Source of the DNA: Halanaeroarchaeum sulfurireducens
GTDB lineage: Archaea > Halobacteriota > Halobacteria > Halobacteriales > Halobacteriaceae
NCBI RefSeq assembly: GCF_001011115.1
Contig: NZ_CP008874.1
Coordinates: 1,292,440-1,316,439 of the forward strand
DNA: 24,000 nucleotides
Reading direction: 5' to 3'
Below, piece by piece: positions 16,643 through 24,000 of this stretch (position 1 is its first letter; the number at the start of each line of letters is the position of its first letter). The position numbers and the translations under genes are program-made. The notes under the pieces were generated by a model. The model saw only the letters and a program-made list of their open reading frames with translations, was not told where the DNA came from and ran no database searches.

Positions 16643-17521
16643 ATGAGCGAGTCGGAGTACAAAATCGAGGACGCGAAGGGGAAGTTCCTCCAGGCGGTCA
16701 AGCAGGGGCGCAAGCTCCAGGACGCCGACTGGACGCCGGGGCGGATCATTCTCTCGAACAAGCGGATCATCCTCCTCAGCAACGACGGCAAGCGGACGAT
16801 ACCGCTCTCGAAGATCGCCAGCCTGAGCGGTCGATACGACGTCAACCAGACGGTGGCGAAGGTCTCCGATTACATCAGCCTCTCGCTCGAGACCGAGAGT
16901 GTGATCCTCCTCTCGTTGGGTTCCGACACGGAGGCGTTCGAATTTCAGCTGTTCGGCGCCATGCTCGACCAGGAGGAGGTGCGCGTCAAGCACCCCGCAG
17001 TCGAGGGCGGCGTCGTCCAGGACACGGACTACGAACGGGCTCGCGTGAAGGTCAGCGATGGCGAGGAAAAGGAGTTGAACGTCGCACTCTCCTCCGGGTC
17101 GTTCGTCCCGATCGATCTGGACGACGTCGGAAGCGTCGACACCGGGAAGCAAAACGTCGACGGCCAGAGCCAGCCCATCCTCAAGGTCGAACACTCACAG
17201 GAGGGAACGAGCGTCCAGAGTTACTTCGCGGGCGAGTCACACGCGATGGCTGTCCTGGAGTCGTTGTTCAAACGAGGCGTCGAACAGACCCAGGGATCGG
17301 TCGACCTGTCGGAGACCGAAAAGCGGGTTCTCATGGGCCTGTACTCCGGTGTCTCTCCCTTCGAGATCCCCGATTTTCTCGGGATGGACGTGGACGAGGT
17401 CGAGGAGATCTACGAGCGACTGATCGAGCTCGACGTACTGGAGGAAGTGCGAACCCGTCGGGAGGTCGCGATGAAGACCAGGGGACGGAACATCGCGAGC
17501 GAGGTCATCAACGAAGAGTAA
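16643..17521 (+). CDS. cheF1: CheF (DUF439-type archaeal chemotaxis adaptor linking CheY to the archaellum), paralog 1
   Basis: It has an N-terminal PH-like region (WTPGRIILSNKRIILLSNDGKRTIPLSKIASL) and a C-terminal HTH-like tail (LSETEKRVLMGLYSGVSPFEIPDFLGMDVDEVEEIYERLIELDVLEE). It is paralogous to the convergent gene at 18110-18976. The synteny matches H. salinarum OE2402F. Confidence 0.85.
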   Translation: MSESEYKIEDAKGKFLQAVKQGRKLQDADWTPGRIILSNKRIILLSNDGKRTIPLSKIASLSGRYDVNQTVAKVSDYISLSLETESVILLSLGSDTEAFEFQLFGAMLDQEEVRVKHPAVEGGVVQDTDYERARVKVSDGEEKELNVALSSGSFVPIDLDDVGSVDTGKQNVDGQSQPILKVEHSQEGTSVQSYFAGESHAMAVLESLFKRGVEQTQGSVDLSETEKRVLMGLYSGVSPFEIPDFLGMDVDEVEEIYERLIELDVLEEVRTRREVAMKTRGRNIASEVINEE

Positions 17522-17526
17522 TTACG

Positions 17527-18036
17527 GAAGTGAGGGAGAAAGCCCGCCGTTTAGGGCGTCACCAGAACGCTTTACATTCTGGTTGCCCGCCAGACGTAGT
17601 CTGGCGACGGGGATGAATCGGACAACAGGGCGACAACCGCCGGTATTAAGCCTCTTCCAGCTTATGTTAGGGGAAGCACAACGGGCAAAAACTGGCGGTT
17701 GGATTGGGGTCCGCCCGGACGACGAAGGGTACCACACCGTCCCCGAGAGGGCGTCGCCGAGGCCATGGCGACACGGCAGGCAAAAAGCGACCCTCGCCCG
17801 ATTGTGCCTGCCCACCGTGGCACGAAGGGCAGGCAGGCCGATGGCACGGCCCGTGCCCGGACGCGGGGAAACCGGCGACCGGGGGCATCCCTGCCGTCTC
17901 TTTGAGACGAACGAGATGCACGGTGCAAGCGGATACCGCGTCCGACCGGACGCCGAACATGCCACACCCCTCGCGGGGCTGACGTATCGCGCACGAACCC
18001 GGTATCGCCTCGCCGGACCCCGTCCGGTAGGCGAGA
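17527..18036 (+). ncRNA. rnpB: Candidate RNase P RNA (archaeal type A-like), or another large structured RNA. Boundaries and identity are uncertain.
   Basis: No plausible CDS covers this region; all ORFs here are R/C/P-rich. On the + strand, in the canonical order, I see: a CR-I-like GAGGGAGAAAGCCCGCC at 17532-17548; UUUAGGGC at 17550-17557; two hairpins at the P8/P9 positions (17561-17583 and 17586-17610); a CR-II-like GACAACAGGGCGACAACCGCC at 17621-17641, whose ACCGCC pairs with GGCGGU at 17694-17699; nested helices 17813-19/17919-25 and 17827-33/17889-95; a hairpin GGCACG-GCC-CGUGCC at 17843-17857, almost identical to E. coli P17, whose GCCC can pair with GGGC at 17554-57 (P6); and a CR-V-like GCACGAACCCGGUAUCG at 17991-18007. 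I could not draw a canonical P4 or P1-P3. Confidence 0.5.
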
Positions 18037-18041
18037 AGTTG

Positions 18042-18976
<935 letters not shown>

Positions 18977-19017
18977 TGCCACGATGTGTTGGATCCAGTG
19001 GTCGGGGGCGTCTTATT

Positions 19018-19818
19018 TTAGTCGGATCGTCGTCGGCGATAGATGCGAAGGCGGGGGTCCTCTGCCTCGAATCGATCCTTGATGTCCGGTGGGAGCGTCT
19101 CGGTCTGTCCCAGCACGAGAACGCCGCCGTTTCCGAGAGACTCGCTGACCGTTTCGAGGATCGGTCGTTTGTACTCGGTGTCGAGATAGATGCAGACGTT
19201 CCGGCAGAGGACCATATCGAAGCCGTCTTTCGAATTGCCCGTGATAAGATCGTGGCGATCGAAGGTCACCAGGTCCTTGACCGTCTCGGAGATGACGATC
19301 TGATCGCCGTCCTTCTCGACGTAGCTACTCGGCGCGTCGAGAAAGGACAGTTGCTCGTCCAGATCTGTCGTTCGAGAACTGGTGTAGACGCCCTGTCGAG
19401 CCCGTTCGAGGGCGTTCTCGTCGATATCCGTGGCCAGGATATCGACCTGTCGAGACTTTAGACCAGCGTCGAGGGCGAGCATGGAGAGCGAGTAGGGTTC
19501 CCGGCCGTCGGCACAGGCGGCACTCCAGATACGGACCGTTCGGTTACTCGCCGCGAGATCCTTCAAGACGTCACGCATCGCAGTCCATACCTTCCCGTCC
19601 CGGAAGAAACTCGTGACGTTGACCGAGAGGGTGTCAAGTAACTCCTCTCGCTCGGCGGGATCCTCCCGGAGGAGCGCCAAATACTCGTCGTAGGAGTCGC
19701 GTTTCGTTCGTCGCATGCGCGCCGAGATCCGGCGATCCAGATAGGATTCGTCGTAGTAACTCGATGCGAACGTCGTCTCCGTTTCGATGAACGTTAGTAG
19801 GTCGTCGAATGTACTCAT
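19018..19818 (-). CDS. cheR: Chemotaxis protein methyltransferase CheR
   Basis: It has a CheR N-terminal helical domain ([13 protein letters not shown]...YLALL...[15 protein letters not shown]) and a SAM-binding motif ([16 protein letters not shown]). Its ATG overlaps the cheD stop as ATGA (19815-19818). Confidence 0.9.
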   Translation of the reverse strand: MSTFDDLLTFIETETTFASSYYDESYLDRRISARMRRTKRDSYDEYLALLREDPAEREELLDTLSVNVTSFFRDGKVWTAMRDVLKDLAASNRTVRIWSAACADGREPYSLSMLALDAGLKSRQVDILATDIDENALERARQGVYTSSRTTDLDEQLSFLDAPSSYVEKDGDQIVISETVKDLVTFDRHDLITGNSKDGFDMVLCRNVCIYLDTEYKRPILETVSESLGNGGVLVLGQTETLPPDIKDRFEAEDPRLRIYRRRRSD

Positions 19819-20294
19819 ATGGTTGTTTCCTCCGAATCGACACGTTTGATCGTCAGGGCACCTGTCCTCGAGTCGAGCGTCACCGAACGCCCGGCCTCAC
19901 CACCCGTCTCGGCGGCCGCTACCGTCATGCCGACCTCCGAAAGCACCGATTTCGCCGCCGCGACGTTTTTATCGCCGACCGGCGATCCGTTTCCCAGGTC
20001 GAGCATCGAGGCCCCGCCGGCGACCTTGGCCGTGTATCCGTCGGGGTCGGCACCGAGCGATCGGAGTTCGGAGAGCAACGCATCGACGCCCGAGTCAACG
20101 TACTTCGGCGGTTGATCGACGTCCGGTGGCGCCTCCGGCAACATCGCGTGGAGGAGTCCGGCGACGCCGGAACCGTCGTGGACGGCGATCGCGACACAGG
20201 ACCCGAGGCCGCTGGTGACGATGGGGCGGCCGTCGGCCGTGACAGCCATGTCCGCCACCCCGACCCGGATCCGCCCGGCGGACGAGGCGTCCAT
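19815..20294 (-). CDS. cheD: Chemoreceptor glutamine deamidase CheD
   Basis: [10 protein letters not shown]...[13 protein letters not shown]...GLLHAMLP is the CheD signature, including the catalytic Cys/His region. Length is 159 aa. Confidence 0.9.
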   Translation of the reverse strand: MDASSAGRIRVGVADMAVTADGRPIVTSGLGSCVAIAVHDGSGVAGLLHAMLPEAPPDVDQPPKYVDSGVDALLSELRSLGADPDGYTAKVAGGASMLDLGNGSPVGDKNVAAAKSVLSEVGMTVAAAETGGEAGRSVTLDSRTGALTIKRVDSEETTI

Positions 20295-20297
20295 ACG

Positions 20298-21464
20298 TCA
20301 GACACGCTCCACGCTCGAAACGTCCAGATCCTCGTCGAGCCTTGTGACGAGCGATCGGAAACTGTCCGCCTCGGGGATGGCGAACATCCGGCAGGTCATC
20401 GGTTCCTGGGCCGTGATGACGACGTCGAACATATAGGCGAACTCCTGGGTGAGTCCGAGTTCGACGGCTATCGACTCGAGGACCGCCCGCCCCATATCGT
20501 CTACGAAATCCGGTACGGAGTGATCGATGGTCGTGTCCAGCGCGTTCGCCCATCCGTCGATGAAACCACTCGCCGTGATGTTTCCGACCTCCTCGATCGC
20601 GCTCTGCCGATAGTCGTCGCCCGAGTCCCCCGGCGTGAGCGCGTCTGCGATGGTGTCGGCAGCGGCGTCCTCGAACAGCACCGCCAAATAGCCGTCGAGG
20701 GCGCCCGAGAACTGAAAGACCGTGCCGACGTGCTCGTCGACGTCGACCACTCCAGGCAGGTCCTCGACCGGCACGAAATCCAGGTGAGAGACCGACACGT
20801 CCGTCTCGATGCCGGTCATGGCTCCAAGGTTCGTCGCGACCGTCTCGGCGCCAGCAGCGGTCAGCCGGATGAACGTGGATAACTCCCCGACGTTCACGTC
20901 GGTCTCCGAGGATTCGTCCCAGGTTGCTCCCAGCGTCTCGAGAAAACTCGTCGGTTCAGGGAGCAGGTAGAACCGACAGCCTCCCGGCGTGCCGCAGATT
21001 TCGATGTCGCTCTGAAAGACGAAGGTGAACTCCTCTCCGTCGACGGGCTCGGCCCGACCGGGAGGATCCGAGGCCGGCGTGGGCGGGGAGATATCGATTG
21101 TTTCCTCGAGGTGCTCGGCCCAGCCGTCGACGAAACTGCTCGTCATGATGTTCGCGACCTCATTTAAGTACGCGGGGTCGGGATCGTCACCGGCGCCCGC
21201 GAGGTGACCGAGGACGTGATCCGCGGTCTCGTCGTCGAACACGAGAATGGCGTTCCCGTCGAGACCGCCCTCGAAATCGATTGCGACCGCGGTCTCTTCG
21301 GCCCCGACCAACGAGGGAAGGGAATCCACGGGAGCGAAGTTTATCTTCGTCGTTTCGACGAACGTCTCCAGGCCAGTGAGCGTCGACAGCCCCTCCGCTG
21401 CTCGATCCGCGCCGGCCGTTCCGATCCGATTGAACGTCTCCAGGGACGCGAGGTTGATTCTCAT
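20298..21464 (-). CDS. cheC3: CheC-family CheY-P phosphatase with duplicated CheC modules (CheC3-like)
   Basis: There are two tandem CheC-like halves. Each has the E-x2-N active-site helix (EVANIMTSSFVDGWAEHL and EVGNITASGFIDGWANAL). Length is 388 aa, about twice that of the neighbouring cheC. Confidence 0.85.
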   Translation of the reverse strand: MRINLASLETFNRIGTAGADRAAEGLSTLTGLETFVETTKINFAPVDSLPSLVGAEETAVAIDFEGGLDGNAILVFDDETADHVLGHLAGAGDDPDPAYLNEVANIMTSSFVDGWAEHLEETIDISPPTPASDPPGRAEPVDGEEFTFVFQSDIEICGTPGGCRFYLLPEPTSFLETLGATWDESSETDVNVGELSTFIRLTAAGAETVATNLGAMTGIETDVSVSHLDFVPVEDLPGVVDVDEHVGTVFQFSGALDGYLAVLFEDAAADTIADALTPGDSGDDYRQSAIEEVGNITASGFIDGWANALDTTIDHSVPDFVDDMGRAVLESIAVELGLTQEFAYMFDVVITAQEPMTCRMFAIPEADSFRSLVTRLDEDLDVSSVERV

Positions 21465-21465
21465 G

Positions 21466-22053
21466 TTATATCGAGTTGATGAGATCGACGAACTCCTCGA
21501 TGTCCGGGAAGGTGTAGATCGTGGCCTCCACGTCGACGTCGGGGGCTTCGAGCGTCGAATCGAACACCATCGCGATCTCCTTTTCGCCAGGGTTCACGCA
21601 GTGGTCCACGATGTCGTCGCCGCCGGCCCGGAGGAGCTGTGGTGTCGAGATGTCGATAGTCCGTCCGAGGACGTTCGCCCACCCGTCGATGAACCCGCTG
21701 GTCATGATGTTGCCGACCTCGCGAATGGCCGATCGCTCCATTTCGCTATAGCCGGAGCCGGCACTCGACTCGCTTCCAAGCATCGTGTGCGCCAGCGTCT
21801 TCGCGCTATCGTCGTCGAAGAGGATGAGCACCGACCCGTGGGGCGGTTCTTTCAGGGGGATGTTCACGCCGACCATCTTGGTCTCCCCGAGGTGTCGTCC
21901 CAGATCCTCGACGTCGATGACGTTGATCTTCGTGATCCGCATCTCCGTCTCGACGCCGGTAAGCTGATTGAGGTGCTCTGCGACCGTCTCAGCGCCCGCC
22001 TTCGCGAGTTCGTTTACGTCCCGCAGCCGTCGGATGTCGATCTTTGTAGACAT
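21466..22053 (-). CDS. cheC1: CheC-family CheY-P phosphatase (single module)
   Basis: It has AGAETVAEHLNQLTGVETEMRITKINVIDVEDL and REVGNIMTSGFIDGWANVL. Length is 195 aa. It sits directly downstream of cheA. Confidence 0.85.
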   Translation of the reverse strand: MSTKIDIRRLRDVNELAKAGAETVAEHLNQLTGVETEMRITKINVIDVEDLGRHLGETKMVGVNIPLKEPPHGSVLILFDDDSAKTLAHTMLGSESSAGSGYSEMERSAIREVGNIMTSGFIDGWANVLGRTIDISTPQLLRAGGDDIVDHCVNPGEKEIAMVFDSTLEAPDVDVEATIYTFPDIEEFVDLINSI

Positions 22054-22056
22054 GAT

Positions 22057-23991
22057 TCAAAGGGTCGCGACGTCGAGGATCGTGACGACGTCACCTTCAC
22101 CGAGAACCGCAGCACCGGAGAGACCGGGGATGCCGCTCAGGATTCCCTCGAACGGCTTGACGACGACCTCCTCCTGTTCCCTGACGTCGTCGCAATGGAG
22201 GGCCACCTTGCGTTCGGATTCGCGGACTTTCACGAGCATCCCCTCGCCGTTTTTGGTCTCTCCCGGCACGTTCAGCGCCCCGCCGAGTCGGACCAGGGGG
22301 TAGACAGTATCGCCATAGGTGACGACTTCCTCCCCGTCGACGGTCTTGACCGGTCGCATCCGGCTGATCTCGTCGACGGACTTGATCGGGATGCCGTACT
22401 CCTCCCCGCCCGACTCGACGAAGAGGACCTTCACGATGGCAACGGTCACGGGAAGGGTGAGGGTGATCGTCGTCCCCTCGCCCTCCTCGCTCTCGACGGA
22501 CACACTGCCGTCGAGGCGGGTGACGGTGTCGTGAACGACGTCCATCCCGACCCCGCGGCCACTCACGTCGGTGATCTCCTCGTTCGTGGAGAATCCCGGA
22601 TGGAAGATGAGCTGGGCGACCTCCTGTTCCGGTAGCTGTTCGACCTCGCTTTCCGTGTAGATGCCCTTCTCGACGGCTTTGCGTCGGATGACATCGTGAT
22701 CGATGCCACGACCGTCGTCGCTCACCGTGACGTTGACGCGGTCGCGTTCGCGCTCCGCTTCGAGCGTAATCGTGCCGGTCGGATCCTTGCCAGCGGCTTC
22801 CCGCTCCTCGGGCGACTCGATACCGTGGTCGACCGCGTTCCGCAGCAGGTGCATGAGCGGGTCGCTGATCTCGGTGAGTATCGTCCGATCGAGTTCGACG
22901 TCGTCGCCCACGATCTGGAAATCGACCTGTTTGTCCTCCTCGCGGGCGAGGTCACGGACGAGTCGCGGGAACTTCCCCACGATCTTCTTCATCGGGACCA
23001 GGCGCATGTCCATGACCGTGTCCTGCAGGTTCGAGGTGATCTTGTCCAGTTCGTCGAGTTCGTCCTCGGCACGACGGTTGTCGACCTCGACGCTCCTGCG
23101 GAGTTTGATGCGGGTCGTCACGAGCTGCTCGACGAGGCCGTGCAGTTCGTCGAGCTGGTCGACGTCCACGCGCACGGACTGGATGTCATTGATGGCCTTT
23201 CCGCCCGACTCCTCGGAGGAGGCCTCGGTAACTTCGTCGGTCTCCGCAAAGGTTTGCTCGGCTTCCTGATCGCCGAGGTCCAGTTCGGTGGCCGTCGCAT
23301 CTGAGACCTTTCCGAGCGAGGTGATCGTTTCGGCCACATCGGCCTCCTGTGTAGCGATCGCCAGATCGAAGGTATCGTCGTATTCGCCCTCCTCTATGGC
23401 GTCGACGGATGGAACGGCGTCGACCACCTCGAAGTCCTCCGTGATGTCCTCGAGGACGAACATGGCGTCGACGCCCGGCATGTCGGTTTCATCCATCTCG
23501 ACGGTCACGTGGAACACCGACTGATTGGCCTCCTCAAGACGGGACATCTCGAAGATATCCGGCGAACCGGTCGCCGCTTCGTCGTCTTCGAATTCTGAGG
23601 GAGCGTCTTCGGTTTCGCTCTCCGAGAGAACGTCACGGAGGTCGTCGATCGTGGGCCGAACGGTCCGCTTTACCTCGCCGTGGGTCTCGATCTCGTCGAG
23701 ACACCCTTCGATTTCGTCGATGCCAGCGAAGATGTGGTCCATCCGTTCGGACGTGACCTCGATCTCCCCCTGGCGCATCGCGTCGAGGAGGTCCTCGACC
23801 GCATGAGCCAGATCCGAGGCGTCCTCGAAGCCCATGGCACCGAAGTTACCCTTGAGCGTATGGGCCGTCCGGAAGATCTGGTCCATCGCCTCCTCGTCGC
23901 CGGGGTTGCTCTCGAGGGTGAGTAGCGCATTATTCAGGTCCGTGACGTGTTCTTCGCCCTCGCGGACGAATGCTTCGAGATATTCGTCCAT
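22057..23991 (-). CDS. cheA: Chemotaxis histidine kinase CheA
   Basis: The Hpt domain carries the phospho-His motif (FRTAHTLKGNFGAMGF). Kinase boxes are N (HLLRNAVDHGIE), G1 (DDGRGID) and G2 (GRGVGMDVV). There is a C-terminal CheW-like domain. The ATG at 23991 overlaps a TGA (23991-23993) of an upstream gene that runs off the window, presumably cheB. Confidence 0.93.
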   Translation of the reverse strand: MDEYLEAFVREGEEHVTDLNNALLTLESNPGDEEAMDQIFRTAHTLKGNFGAMGFEDASDLAHAVEDLLDAMRQGEIEVTSERMDHIFAGIDEIEGCLDEIETHGEVKRTVRPTIDDLRDVLSESETEDAPSEFEDDEAATGSPDIFEMSRLEEANQSVFHVTVEMDETDMPGVDAMFVLEDITEDFEVVDAVPSVDAIEEGEYDDTFDLAIATQEADVAETITSLGKVSDATATELDLGDQEAEQTFAETDEVTEASSEESGGKAINDIQSVRVDVDQLDELHGLVEQLVTTRIKLRRSVEVDNRRAEDELDELDKITSNLQDTVMDMRLVPMKKIVGKFPRLVRDLAREEDKQVDFQIVGDDVELDRTILTEISDPLMHLLRNAVDHGIESPEEREAAGKDPTGTITLEAERERDRVNVTVSDDGRGIDHDVIRRKAVEKGIYTESEVEQLPEQEVAQLIFHPGFSTNEEITDVSGRGVGMDVVHDTVTRLDGSVSVESEEGEGTTITLTLPVTVAIVKVLFVESGGEEYGIPIKSVDEISRMRPVKTVDGEEVVTYGDTVYPLVRLGGALNVPGETKNGEGMLVKVRESERKVALHCDDVREQEEVVVKPFEGILSGIPGLSGAAVLGEGDVVTILDVATL

Positions 23992-24000
23992 CAGGTATCA

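Noticed and set aside
21247-22635. A 462-aa ORF on the + strand.
   Set aside because: It is antisense to cheC3, cheC1 and cheA, all of which have clear family motifs. It is a shadow ORF.

Overview
This window is a haloarchaeal motility and chemotaxis locus. The organism is likely class Halobacteria: GC is high, predicted proteins are strongly acidic, and archaellin N-termini are typical. Gene order closely matches what I recall of the Halobacterium salinarum fla/che region.

Left to right the window contains:
- the 3' part of an ADP-forming acetyl-CoA synthetase (+)
- an orphan cheW (-)
- an ArsR-type regulator plus a small membrane protein (+)
- a minus-strand archaellum operon: arlD, then arlCE-arlF-arlG-arlH-arlI-arlJ, followed by a MinD/ParA ATPase
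- a secreted protein with five Ig-like repeats (+)
- two tandem archaellin genes (+)
- a small protein with a Tat signal (-)
- a HEAT-repeat protein and cheF1 (+)
- a 588-nt hairpin-dense non-coding gap
- a minus-strand che operon: cheA-cheC1-cheC3-cheD-cheR-cheF2. The stop codon of an upstream gene, presumably cheB, appears to overlap the cheA start at the window edge.

I saw no rRNA, tRNA, CRISPR array, IS element or transposase. Most of the window is a canonical, well-described system.

The parts that look less described are:
1. the structured RNA between cheF1 and cheF2. It resembles RNase P RNA, but I could not fold it into a canonical core.
2. the Ig-repeat surface protein and the Tat-signal protein that flank the archaellin genes.
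3. a C10 homopolymer plus repeated TCGAAC-type motifs in the arl promoter regions.
4. a MinD-like ATPase with an acidic C-terminal extension attached to the archaellum operon.

All functional calls rest on motif recognition by eye. No database search was run.
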